From Gordius albopunctatus (Eukaryota), in NCBI GenBank assembly GCA_964276515.1, contig OZ193909.1:5456001-5520000 (forward strand): a stretch of DNA of 64,000 nucleotides, given 5' to 3'. This document shows positions 51,606 through 64,000 of this stretch, piece after piece (the stretch's first letter is position 1; every line of letters starts with the position of its first letter). The translations under genes and the position numbers were made by a program. The notes under the pieces were generated by a model, which saw nothing but the letters and a program-made list of their open reading frames with translations, did not search any database and was not told where the DNA came from.

Positions 51606-52400
51606 ATGCCTGCTCATTCTCCAGTAAAGTTACATATAATGCGTGGTAGTGGGCCATGTAGAGCTATTTGGATGACAGCTGAAGCATTAAAATTGCCATA
51701 TGAAATCAAAGATGTTGATTTGTTTGGTGGTGAGGCTCGCAAACCAGAATACCTAAAGGTAATTCATTAAAACTTTTTAATTATATATTGTAGATGAATC
51801 CATTTCATACAGTCCCTACAATAGATGACAATGGATTTTTTTTGTGGGAAAGGTATTTTACAAAGACAATAATTTTACATTTATAAGTCGGGCAATTATG
51901 ACATACTTTGCTGGTAAAGCAGATGATGATCATCTCTACCCTAAAGACATAAAGAAAAGAGCCATCATTGACAGCAGATTAGATTTTGATATTGGAAAAT
52001 TGTACCCAGCTTTGAAAGAGTGGGCTGTAAGTTTAAAAACTACAAATTTAGTTACTGTTTTAGTATCCCCAAGTTTTTAAAAAAGAACCTTCTAACGATG
52101 AACGTCTTAATGATTTAAATGAAGCTGTTGCTGGTTTGGAATTGTTGTTGGGATTAAACAAATTTGCTGCAGGTATGTCATGCATAAATATTAATGTTAT
52201 AATTTTTTATAGGAGACCATTTGACTTTGGCTGACATTTCAATATTTTGCACACTCTCATTTTTGGAAATATTGGATTATGATTTTTCAAAATTTACCAA
52301 AACTACTGCATGGATGAATGAAATCAAAAAGTTGCCATATTATCCATTGACTAGCAAAGCTTTTGAAGATTGGAAAAACTCAACTAAAAAGAATAAATAA
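51606..52400 (+). CDS. Cytosolic glutathione S-transferase (delta/epsilon/theta-like), 215 aa, 5 exons
   Basis: Exons 51606-51758, 51794-51852, 51888-52026, 52064-52172, 52213-52400 (648 nt). Motifs SGPCRA, PEYLKMNPFHTVPTIDDNGFFLWESRAIMTY, LYPKD..RAIIDSRLDFDIG, AGDHLTLAD. Confidence 0.95.
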
Positions 52401-52593
52401 ACACAATACTTTTTTCCATATTATATTAACTATTTATTTATACTAGCATATTTTTTGTTAATCCTTAGTAGCTTGATTGCTTTTTGTTGGCTTTTACTTT
52501 ATATAAATTTGTGTATTTTAGTTCAAATGTATCTTATAATTATTTAACAATTTTCAAATTTTAACTTATTTATTTAATCAAATAAAAGTTGCA

Positions 52594-54953
52594 ATATTTG
52601 TCGAAATTTGTGTATACATTCACTACTGTCATAAGGTTGTATAATTTTTTATTTAGCTATTTTAAGATTTAAGTAAACTGTTTTTAAAATATAACATTAA
52701 TTTGCAATCTCTTATCACAAAAATTAGTTTTAAATGTAGCTTTTGCGTTTTAAAAACCACTTGAGGTCAAAATAAAATTTGAATAATCTACAAACTTTTG
52801 GCTCCGCCTCACTCCATTGCTTACCTGCCTCGCAAATTTAAAAGCTTCATATTTCTGCCTCGCAAATTTAAAAGCTTCATATTTCAACAATATCTGAAGG
52901 TTTATTTAATTGTTCCAAGCCATTAAACTTGACACGCATATAAGTTATTATAAATCAAATAAATGTAAGGCAATAATGACCTTCATAGACTTCATTTACC
53001 AAAATGAGCAATTTTTTCATCAAAACTTTTTTCTAATTTTATCTATTACAACTTAAATTAAGTCTTTTCTTTCGAAATTTCAAATAGCCAGCATTTAAAG
53101 TTAGGTCAAAATTTAATAAAGTGAAGGTTTTTACAAATTTACTAGCTGAGCCTCACCAAGCGTTGCTTTGTCTCATTTTTTAATTTTTAAAAATGATTAT
53201 TATTTAAATGATGAATATATGATTGAACTTGGATTATAAGAATGTAATTTTTGAAAATGCCCTTTTACGTAAATAGAATATTTTTTTAAAATGAATTGTA
53301 ATTGGCGAGTTTTTAAAGAGCTTTGATAATAATATGGATTATAAAAAGTACCGCTTCCAAACATATAAAATAACCATAGGCGTAGCCAGCATTGGGAACA
53401 GAGGGTGGCAATAATCATTTAGTGATGGGCTAAATCATGGGCGTAGCCAAAAAAAATTTTAATGCAAAAACCCTTAAAAATTAAAAAATTTTATGTTTTG
53501 CCCCTCTCTAATTGAGCTTTTAACCGTTTAGCCCCCCCCCCTATTTTAATAAATTTCAACAAATTTTAGGATTTAGAGGGAGGCAACCACCCCTCATATG
53601 AATTAATACCCAGATATCCTTAATTCATTACATACCTGCGCACACATTTTGCAATTTTGTCATCGATTTTTCATCAGAATTGCCTTTGCCTGCTTCAAGG
53701 CTGGAACCATAACTATTGACAACTTTATACTCAAATTATTGAAAAAAACCTAATCCATTAAAGGATAAAATATTTATAAAATTTTACTACTATTTTTTTT
53801 AATGACAGATAAAATATGATGTTTTTGGTTTTGAAAACGTGATAAATTTTTTTCTTTAAACTATTTATTACGGTTAGGTCGGCATTTAAAAGGTGAGAAA
53901 GAAAGTTCATTTTTCACCTTACACCTCCCGATAATAATTTGTTGTTCAGGGATGTAAGCTTCGAGGTGAATTTGCCTGAGGCAAAATCTTACAGCATCCC
54001 TGTTTGAATGACACTTTCCATTTCCTTGGTACTTTAAAACGGAAAAAGCGATTGCAAATATGATCTTATTTATTAAAAAAAAGTTACAAATAACCATCAT
54101 GATTTTTAATAATTAGTTTCGATTTTTTGTATGTTTTTAAAACTCCTCCTTAACAACAAATTTAAGTTTTTCCCTTAAAAAATTGTAATAAAATTTTCCA
54201 TTAAATAGCCTGTTTCGGTTTAATATAATTACCTACTATTAAAATAATAGTATACACATGAGATTTCAAAGAAGTATACATAGAAAAATATTGCACTCTA
54301 AATATTGTATTTTTATTGGAAAATGATATTAAGATTTTTTTACAATGTCTATAATTTGTAGGTGGTCCTTAAATAATAAAGGAAACCATACACTAGAGCC
54401 CTATTTTCTCCAGACTCCTTCGAAGTTTTTACCAAATATTTAGTCACACTACATGTTGTCTTACAAAATATTGTGTTGTTATTCGACAATTTTAGTAAGA
54501 AGACAATTTATTTTTTTCCAAATAATTATAAAAAAAGATGCAATAATATATTGAGTTAATGGGCAGGCATATTTGTCAAAATTTGTGTATACATTTACTA
54601 CTTTCATAAGGTTGTATAATTTTTTATTTAGTTATTTCAAGATTTAAGTGAAGTTTATTAAACTGGTTTTAAAATATAACATTAATTTGATAATCTTTTA
54701 TCACGAAAATTAGTTTTAAATGTAGCTTTTGCGTTGCAGGTGCAAACTTTGTATTTGCCTACTTTAAAAACCACTTAATTGAGGTCAAAATAAAATTTGA
54801 ATAATCTACAAACTTTCGGCTCCGCCTCACTCCATTGCTTACCTGCCTCGCAAATTTAAAAGCTTCATATTTCAACAATATCTGAAGGTTTATTTAATTG
54901 TTCCAAGCCATTAAACTTGACACGCATATAAGTTATTATAAATCAAATAAATG
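52594..54953 (+). repeat. Local direct duplication of about 370-385 bp (52594-52965 and 54569-54953)
   Basis: Near-identical copies; copy 1 has an internal 30-bp tandem duplication and lacks about 27 bp present in copy 2. Confidence 0.9.
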
Positions 54954-55485
54954 GATTGAAATTGTATCGGTTATAAAATTTATTATTGCTTGACTTTAAA
55001 ATACGTATAGTATAGTCAAATTTTATTAATAATGTTCTTGAAATAGCTAAAGTGATTTTGATGATTTTACGTAGATATCGAAATTGTCAAAACATGCAAA
55101 GGTTTTTGGTTTGTATTTTTAGTCGACCTTTTGAATTTCTAAAAACAGACAATAGATTTTAGGCTGTTTTTGGTCAATCTTAAATGTTTGCTAGTTTTTA
55201 TAAAAGTAATATAGTAATATATTTTTGGTTTGAGATATATTCAATAAGAATTTTATTATTTTATGAATAAATAATTATGGATTAAGAATCTGAGAATGGT
55301 GAAATTATGACAGATGAGGTCAGATTTCGCTATTGTGATTATAGATATTAATAGATGTAAAATAGATTTATTATAAATAAATATGTCACCTAATTTTGAT
55401 GAAAATTGTCATATTTGCCTTTTAAATGGTATATCTTTTTTTAACGAAAGTACTCTGGATTATGGTGTCTTAAATTTATTATTAA

Positions 55486-57630
55486 CTAGATGAACCCGGC
55501 AAACGTTGTTTTGCCATTTACTCGGGTGTGTTAAATTATGTTTGAATTTTAGGGCATATATGATGATAAAGCGGTTAGTGAAGTAAAAATAAAGTTTGAT
55601 GTCTATATGTTCTACTTCTATTGTTCTATTTCCGTATAATAGATTAAGAATATATCAAAAGTGTTTATTATGCAAAAAATTTTAAACAAATAGTTAAAGA
55701 GTGTCCAAGGCCCAGGCCCACTCAAGAGAAAAAACCTGGCCCCATGCCCCCCCCCCCCCCCCCCAAGAGAAAAATCTTTAGCCCCCTGGCCCTTCAAGCA
55801 ATTTTTTTAAATTTTTTGTAATTAAGAAACAATATCATAATTATAATTATTTGTTTCTGAATAAAACTTTTAATTCTGAAGTTAATGTCCGAAGAACTGA
55901 GATATATCAACATTTATTGGCACATTGTTAAAAGTATTTTCACTTTTCTCCTTATTTAACGCGCAAAAAATGATAAAATGAGATTTTTAAATTTATTTAG
56001 CCACGCAGGAGGGGACACGACCGTCCTATAATAATAATTGACGTGAAAAATAAGCAAAAAATGACTTTGATTTAATATTTCAAATCGTAAAATGTTTCCA
56101 TTTTCCGCAGCACATGCCTACATTTATCACACTACACTACCTACACGCATGACGGTTTAGAAAATACTATAAGTGATACACTTTTATTTAAAGAACTGTA
56201 TATTCAAATTTTCAAAGAACACGATACATACGCAATACGTTTTAGAAAAATAAATTTCTACTTTTAATATAACCCAAATGATTCAAGAGAATGAATACTT
56301 TTATTTAATAACATCGCGTTTATATACACATCTCTGCGAGGTTATTTGTGTGTATAATAAGGTGAATTGCGAGACATTCAAATACTTAAATGTATTCACT
56401 TTTATGATTAGGGTGCGTGAATAATAATTTGAATAAGTCAGGCGATGATAAAGTATAACCGAGGAGCTATTAACCAAAGTAACGTGTTAGAATTTGCCTA
56501 GACGGGGTCAAGGGAAAGTAGCATGCGAATTAAATTCGTAGCCTCTACAACGTCATGAGGTTCCGTTTGATTGACATTTTATTAAACGTCAAAACGTATA
56601 AAACCGGGAAATGTCCGATATTTTTAAAACTAAAAGGAATTTTGCTAATCTGAAAAAACTATTTTGCCCCTGGCAGCCCTGGAAGTTTCGCGCAAATCGG
56701 GCGGGTAGTTTCGGAATTTAGCCCTTATCCACATACATATACATATACATACATACATACATACATACATACATACATACATACATACATACATACATAC
56801 ATACATACATACATACATACATACATACATACATACATACATACATACATACATACATACATACATACATACATACATACATACATACATACATACATAC
56901 ATACATACATACATACATACATACATACATACATACATACATACATACATACATACATACATACATACATACATACATACATACATACATACATACATAC
57001 ATACATACATACATACATACATACATACATACATACATACATACATACATACATACATACATACATACATACATACATACATACATACATACATACATAC
57101 ATACATACATACATACATACATACATACATACATACATACATACATACATACATACATACATACATACATACATACATACATACATACATACATACATAC
57201 ATACATACATACATACATACATACATACATACATACATACATACATACATACATACATACATACATACATACATACATACATACATACATACATACATAC
57301 ATACATACATACATACATACATACATACATACATACATACATACATACATACATACATACATACATACATACATACATACATACATACATACATACATAC
57401 ATACATACATACATACATACATACATACATACATACATACATACATACATACATACATACATACATACATACATACATACATACATACATACATACATAC
57501 ATACATACATACATACATACATACATACATACATACATACATACATACATACATACATACATACATACATACATACATACATACATACATACATACATAC
57601 ATACATACATACATACAATTTTATTTCAGA
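55486..57630 (-). mobile_element. Non-autonomous Helitron with internal microsatellite
   Basis: Minus strand starts A|TC at 57630 and ends CTAG|T at 55486; hairpin GGCAAA-6nt-TTTGCC (55498-55515) lies 8 nt from the CTAG; AT target, no TSD. Confidence 0.8.
56746..57617. repeat. (TACA)n microsatellite, 872 bp, about 218 uninterrupted units
   Basis: Directly visible; imperfect units extend back to about 56730. Confidence 0.99.
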
Positions 57631-58919
57631 TTTAGGACCATAGGGGGAGTAATCAATCAGTTAACAAACCTTACACTAGGGACGCGCATCTCACGCTAGA
57701 CTCTTATAATGGAGATGTTACTAAGTTTGTTTACTCCTTTCAACAGCCCAGGTCTTAAATGACGCGCTGAATAACAACACTATTATCAACAAGCAGCATT
57801 TCCTAAATATGGAAAAAAGCAAAATCAAATCCACTATATATTTAGAAGATCTTAAGCTGTCTTAATACTTTTTTAGTTTAGACTTAGAGACCTGCATAGG
57901 CTGAGCCTAAAAAAGAGCAGTATAAAAAGGCAGGTGGACTTTGGCCAGATATTTGAAATAATTTAGATTTATTTGGCTAATGCACTTAATAGTTTGAAGG
58001 TAAATAATATTTATTGGAATAAAAATATGAGATTTAAGCATAAAAACTAATGATGCGAAAAATGGCAGAAAAAATCATCTCTATTCGAGACTTTAAAAAA
58101 TTGGGTCGAGACGAGAAGAGACAATACGAGATTTTATCACAGAGATCTCGGCTTTAAAATTTCTTAATGGATCATCATAATCAAAAAATAGTAAATAAAT
58201 TTGTGCATCTTTTATTTTGTAATTTACATTTAGGGCGTTAAATGTGAATCACTATAAATGAAATACTTTCGTTATTGGGTAATTTTCCACACATTAGCCG
58301 CGTATATTTAAAATTTTAATAATTTTAGCCCGTTGAATAAAATATGAGGGACCCTTAAGACATGTAAATAATTTTTTATTTATATCCTTAGCATAGCATT
58401 AAAATATAATAAAAATACACAGACTTAAAATGAGTTTGATGAAGTAGTAATAGGTGGTTAAATAATCAAAATAATTATAAATTGGGCTCAAAAGATTTTT
58501 TACGCACCCCAGCGACTTCTGTGTCTGCCGAACAAAGCATCAGATTAAATTATTAGATTAGGAGTTTGCAATAATTGAACTTATGTTAAACCTCCAAAAA
58601 TTCCCAAGCCATAAATAAAATTATTTATTTGTTTTGACATTTGAATTACTTTTCTCATTATAAAGGTAGAATAGGCAAGTGAACTCTGATCGATTGAATT
58701 TTCTGTATATATGAGCATAACCTTTATTTATAAAAAATTGATGGCTGAATTTTTTAAAATAAGAAATACTTAAATATTTTGCTGGGTCTTACACTAGAAT
58801 CGTTTAATTTTTGATTATAAAAGTATATTTTATTACAAACCTCAAAACTAGCAACAATGCTAATTTAATTGTTATTTTTACAACGTTTTAACGTGTACCA
58901 CTATTGATTGCTATGCAAT

Positions 58920-59700
58920 TTATACGCTCCCTTTTGGTTGTCGTCCGTCTGTCCGTTAATTGTCAGTTGTCCAACTTGTAATTTTGCATAATTGACGTGG
59001 AAACATATATGGATTTTGAATAGCTGTGGACTTATCCTTCTTTTAAAGACTTTTATTTCGCTTTTGCAAATAGACTTGCTTTTGACCGCTGGTTGGCTTT
59101 AAATTTTTCGACCTCCCTCGAGCCTAATATCCATTATTGTTGTTGTGCCCGACTGATTAGCTTACTACATAAATTTATCTGGGTAACTTGTCTAGGTTGT
59201 TGTTATATATCGGATAATTGCGAAACTGACTAATTGATTTCTTCCAGCAAATTATGATGACCATTACTTCTACTTTATCTGAGCCAAAGGCCAAAACTTT
59301 GGTGCATAGCTATTTATATTTGCTGTTTTGTGAATTTCTTTTGACAATTTCCTCGGTTATTGCTTTAAAACGGATGATTGCAAAACTGGCTAAATAATTC
59401 CCTGCAAATTAATGATGACCGTTGCTTACCTGACCCCGGACAAAGGCTAAAATTATGGTTAATTTCTATTTATATTTTATGCTAAGTGAATTTCTTTTGA
59501 CAATTTGTCTTGCTTGTTGCTTTATAACGGATGATTGCAAAACTTTTCAAATAATTCCCTACAAATAAATGATGCCCGTAGCTTACTTCTACTTTATCTG
59601 ACCCCGGCCCAAGTCCAAAATCCATTTTTATTCTTGTGCCTGCACGTTTTGCTATTTATGGTATCTTAGCTTTAAATATACAAAAAATAATAATTCAGCT
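58920..59700 (+). repeat. Dispersed repeat with internal tandem units of about 170 bp; possible DINE-1/HINE-like element
   Basis: TTATACGC..GTCCGTCTGTCCGT near the start, repeated GATGACC..TTACTTCTACTTTATCTGA units at about 59250-59620; 59550-59680 matches about 39950-40080. Confidence 0.5.
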
Positions 59701-59791
59701 GCTGGTTGGCTTTAATTTTGCCCTCTGGATTTGCCCCCCCCCCTTTTTACCCTCTCGTTAAAAAAGAGCCTTTTGTTTTTGCTATGCCTAC

Positions 59792-60248
59792 CATAGACCA
59801 AAAATGCCCTTCCAGCTATCTAAACCTGCCCGCCCGGCCCATAAGCCGGCCCGGGCAACTGTCGTAAATTTTAACTTTTAGGCGGGGCCCGGCGGGCACC
59901 ATAACAAGATTCGGGCTACTCGGACTTAATGTTGTTTTTATAGTAATGTATTATATTGTTCTTGTATATAATTTGTCACTTTTTAATTTGATTTCATAAT
60001 GTTTTTTAATCCTAGTTCTCACCCAAAAAAATCAAAAATAAAGATAGAATTTTTTAAAAAATATTACCATATTAGTGCTAAAAATTTTAAAAACGCTATT
60101 TGGGGCCGGGCAGTTCGACGGGCAGCTCTAAAAATTCGGGCATTGCCGGGCCAACACATAGAAGGATTCGGGCGGGCTCGGCGGGCAGATTGATTATAAA
60201 ATTGGACCGGGCCGGGTTCGGGCAGAAAAATTCTAAATCTGACCTTTG
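59792..60248. mobile_element. MITE with CAAAGGTCAGATTT terminus and GCCCG subterminal repeats
   Basis: The right end AAATCTGACCTTTG matches the element starting CAAAGGTCAGATTT at 22940; flanks ATGCCTAC/ATGCTTAT (6/8); left end uncertain. Confidence 0.45.
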
Positions 60249-60478
60249 ATGCTTATGTCATATTGACGATATATTTCGTCGTGTTTGCCATTGCGACCAC
60301 TTGGGATTTCGATTTTGGCATTAGGTATTATACCCGATGGAAGCAAATCTTTCCCATGTCTAACCGCACCCCCCTAACAACGGCCTCTGCCTCCACTGTT
60401 TTTCAACCCTATTTGAACACCTGTTGCATTTTCCTCATTTAAACCTACTTTGTAAAATTTTTGCGCCTCCCCCCCCCC

Positions 60479-62285
60479 CAGGGGTTTGCCCCGAACCCGA
60501 ACCCCTAGACCCGAACCCCTAAACCCGAACGGGTAAAACCCAATATTTTACAGAACCCGAACCCATTTTTAAAAATACCCTTAAAACCCGAACCCGATGA
60601 ATAAAAAAAGGGTTCGGGTTGGGGTTTTTAATTCAAAAATATATTGTGAATTGAATATCTCAGTTTTCTCTATCATGACAATGTAACGAAACGAAGACCA
60701 TACGATTTTAATTTCAATATTTTTATGCTTCCGGAATTTTTCATTCATTAATCAATACTAATTATCTCAAAAATTATGGTGAGGGAAAATAACCCCATTA
60801 AGAAATATTATAAAATATCTCCATTATTAAATAATTCAGAATACCTTGCCATAGATTGTCGTAAAAAAATGAAAGGGACACACTTAACCAATCTTGAAAA
60901 ACATTTAGAAAGATTTCATTCAACTCTCTTTGACAAATATAAAGAAGAAAAGAAGGCATTTTATATTTGTCCTTCTCCGAAAAAACTCAAATCCAATCGA
61001 GAGTCAACTTTAGACACTATATTTGAAAAATTGACAATCAAAGTGAAGATTACAGAGAAACAAATATATGAAGGACTTATTGAGATGGTAACTTTAAATG
61101 GAAGACCATTTACTTGTGTAGATGACAGTGGGTTTAGAAAGATTATTAACCCTATTCTCAAGGGTATGAATAAAGAAATATGCATTAATACAAATATAAT
61201 TCGGAAAGAAGTTATGGAGACTGCTTATAAAATTAGGGGAGGTATAAAAAATGAAATAAAGGGAAGACTTGTTTCTCTAAAGATGGATGCTGTAACAAGA
61301 TTGGATAGGTATATTTTAGGAATTAATTGTCAATTCATTAATAATGGTAAAATTCAAATAAGAACCTTAGCAATGAAAGAAATACTTACCTAAAGTAGTG
61401 GGGAAAATATTAAAAATATTATAAAAAGTGTTATGGCCATTTATGAAATAACAAATGATCAAATTTATACAATAACATCAGACAATGGAAGCAATATGGT
61501 TAAATCTATAAAATTGTTAGATAACGAAAATAATATCAGCCTTTGTGAAACTAATGTTTTTGCAGATTTTGATGATAATATATCAGATGAAGATTATGAT
61601 ATAAATTATAATCTAATAAATATTCCAAACATTTATTGCATACGGTGTGCCGCCCACACACTTCAATTAGCAATAGATGATTCAATGAAGGAATTGCCTT
61701 CTTATCCTATTATTACTCGTGCTAGACAGATTAATAAAAAAATGAGAACTCCAACTATTATGAAGCTTCTCAAATCATTAAATCTTCTTAAGCCAATTTT
61801 AGATTATCATAGATGGCATTCCTTATATGATATGCTGGAAAGATTAATTATACTTAAAAATTTCTGTAATGAAATGGAAAATTCTGATCAGGATTTTCAT
61901 ATGTTACCTTCTGAATGGGGAGAAATTTAGGGAATTTTAATGGTTTTAAATCCCTTAAAATTAGCAACAAAGATACTTCAAAAGGAGCAGCTCACTCTCG
62001 GCTGTTTTTATGAAACATGGATAAATTGTATCCTAGACATTGAAGCATTAGATTTCCATGTGCTAAAATAGTAATTGAAAATATGAAGGCACGCGAGGAA
62101 AAGCTTCTTAAGAATGATGTTCTTTTAGCAGCTTTATACGTTGATCTGCGTTATCAATGTCTACTATCCGAGGAAGAAATTCACATAGCTAAAATACATT
62201 TACTAAAAATTTGGAGAAAGTTGGAGGTATTAAAGAATGGCTGTAATGATTCTAGTGATAAAATACAATTATCTATAAATGTAAA
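60479..62285 (+). mobile_element. Truncated hAT transposon with transposase pseudogene (60776 to about 62285)
   Basis: CAGGGGTTTGCCCCGAACCCGA left end with AACCCGA repeats; BED-like NLEKHLERFH, GRPFTCVDDSGF, catalytic KMDAVT and ITSDNGSNM, CAAHTLQL, RWHSLYDMLER. In-frame stops at 61391 and 61928 and a frameshift near 62060; C-terminal domain and right TIR absent. Confidence 0.9.
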
Positions 62286-62453
62286 GTTGCTATTATGCCC
62301 AAACTTGGACGGAGCATAATAGCTACCATATGTGCTTGGACGCATAAGCTCTGTCATCAAGAGGGGTAAAATGCTTAAGAGGTTAAGTTTTAACAGCAAA
62401 TACAAGCTCAAGCAGTAGGAATAAGTCGGATGAACAATTTTAAATTAAAGTAG

Positions 62454-64000
62454 TTTTTTTTTTAAATTGACATGCTTTATTAAATAAAAAGTATTAAATA
62501 TTGAGTGGAATTAATAAAAAGATACAAGAACGAAATCATTTATATAAAAAAAATGATTAAAACTCAATATCCGTTTCTTCATCTTTGAGAATGGGCATTG
62601 AATCCACCAAAGAATAAAAATTAGATTTAGCGATCGCGATGGCAATTGATTGTCGTAGTAAAAAACTATTCGATATTTTACAAGGGGGCGAGCGTTTATT
62701 GAGTTCTTTAAAAGAAATTAAAGCGCTCTTCCCAAATGTCCTTGAGCACGATGAGACGATAGGAATAAAAATCGAGGTTTGGGATAAAGCTGAATATTTT
62801 AAGGATTTCCGATGCTCTGCCGATCCAAGGGGGTCGTGAGTATCGTTGGAGGGGGCAAAAAGGTCTATACAGGTGTAGTCCCATTTTAAGAAAAGGCCTT
62901 TGTCCCATGGGATAAGGGACGAACCGTCCGGGCGCATCCGCCCTTCGAGAGAGGGATCTGAAGGTTCAAGGATCGAAGGGACTTTTGCCCGTTTGAGGGC
63001 AGCTTGAAGTAGTGTATTTATTTTTTGGTGCCTACCATACCGGCTTTTGTTAAATTTACAATGCAGAGGGTGACGTGCTTCCTCATCTACAAGTGAATTA
63101 CAAAGCCGGCAGGGGTATGAGGACGTGTATTTACAGCCCAAGCGGAGGGCTATATTGTAGGAGAGGGTAGGATTCTCCAAAAACATACCCGAAAACTTAC
63201 TAGGGTAAGCTTCAAGCCATTCATGTCCGGATTGGTCGAAAGCCAATGACCTAAGGTTGCAATGCTGTTTGGGGTCGCATGTCGAGAGAAGGTAAGCAAC
63301 GGACCGCGACACCAAGCTTGCATCCAAATCTTTTTGAGCGTATGATTGTGGTATATTAGCTCCTACATTGACGTTCTCATTCCATAAGGATAGGGCTTGA
63401 TTTATGGAGGGATTAAGTGGGAATGGGACAAGGTCGTTGATATGATGTTTAAAAGATAGAGAGGAAGAAATAAAGGCGGCTAGGGAAATCGCAGATGGGG
63501 AGCGAATACCAAGGCCACCGGATTTTGTGGGAAGTGTGGCTTGAAGCCAAGTATTGGTGTTAAAGGAAATATTTAAAATTGATTCAAGAGTGGATTTAAA
63601 AAAGTTTTCATAGTCGTGTAAAACTTCTTTAAATAAAAAAGCTTGCGTGGAGCGGAAGCAGAATAAAATTTTGCTAATGTTGTAATTATTTTTTATAATA
63701 TAAAAAGAATGATGAGATGGCATAGATTTAAAAATGTCTAATTTAGTTTTTAAAGAAGAGAGATTTTTGTCTAAAATTTTTTAAGGCACTGGGGTCCCCC
63801 GATAGGTGCGCCTAAAACATACAAATTGTCTTTTTTAATTTTGGCAAAGTCAAAAAACTTTGGGTGAATATTATCCAAGTCAGAATATATTTCACTTTTA
63901 GAGGCGTTTAAACATAAGTTTAGAGTGGGGAAAAAGCATGTATTACATCTAGTGCTTGGACTAGGTTGTCAGGGGTCCCAACAAGAGTGGCGTCATCAAG
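62454..64000 (-). mobile_element. 3' part of a CRE-like non-LTR retrotransposon (RT, CCHC zinc knuckle, restriction-like endonuclease); continues beyond the window
   Basis: LDDATLVG at the window edge, LCLNASKSE, VLGAPIG, QATLPTKSGGLGIR, CRLC..HPLHC, RHQKIN, EP..RPDG..PWDKG..WDYTC. ORF stop at 62557, AATAAA at 62481-62476 and A10 at 62463-62454. Two frameshifts upstream of 63723. Confidence 0.88.

Noticed and set aside
53142..53172. Second Helitron-like 3' end (ACTAGCTGAG..AAGCGTTGCTT)
   Set aside because: Only a 4-bp stem and no matching 5' end found.
56645..57618. Three long (MYVC)n ORFs
   Set aside because: Translation artefact of the stop-free (TGTA)n microsatellite.
62340..62365. TTGATGA on the minus strand as a possible hammerhead ribozyme core
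   Set aside because: Not CTGATGA, and no properly placed GAAA or stems.

Overview
AT-rich, intron-containing nuclear DNA of an invertebrate animal; the species cannot be determined from the sequence, and no prokaryotic features, CRISPR arrays or RNA genes were found. Five protein genes were reconstructed by hand with GT-AG splice sites and consistent phases: a 20-exon FAM13-like RhoGAP gene (minus, about 1337 aa, degenerate GAP motifs), intronless Tob (BTG/Tob family), intronless mitochondrial Asn-tRNA ligase (NARS2), 6-exon MRPS7 and a 5-exon delta/epsilon/theta-type GST with 35-40 nt introns. There is also a BTB-BACK gene whose BTB exon is broken by a MITE but whose downstream exons stay in frame and end in a hydrophobic tail, and a candidate spliced microprotein or lncRNA gene inside a 1.46-kb CpG-free block. 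The rest is rich in mobile DNA: several MITE families with 8-bp or TTA target duplications, a non-autonomous Helitron carrying a perfect 872-bp (TACA)n tract, two decayed hAT transposases, LTR and LINE debris, and a CRE-like restriction-endonuclease retrotransposon that truncates a hAT element at the window end. I found no clear-cut new system. The best leads are the hidden CpG-free transcription unit, the gene-body methylation footprint recorded in a MITE copy, the BACK plus membrane-anchor architecture, the ultrashort introns and the nested retroelement.
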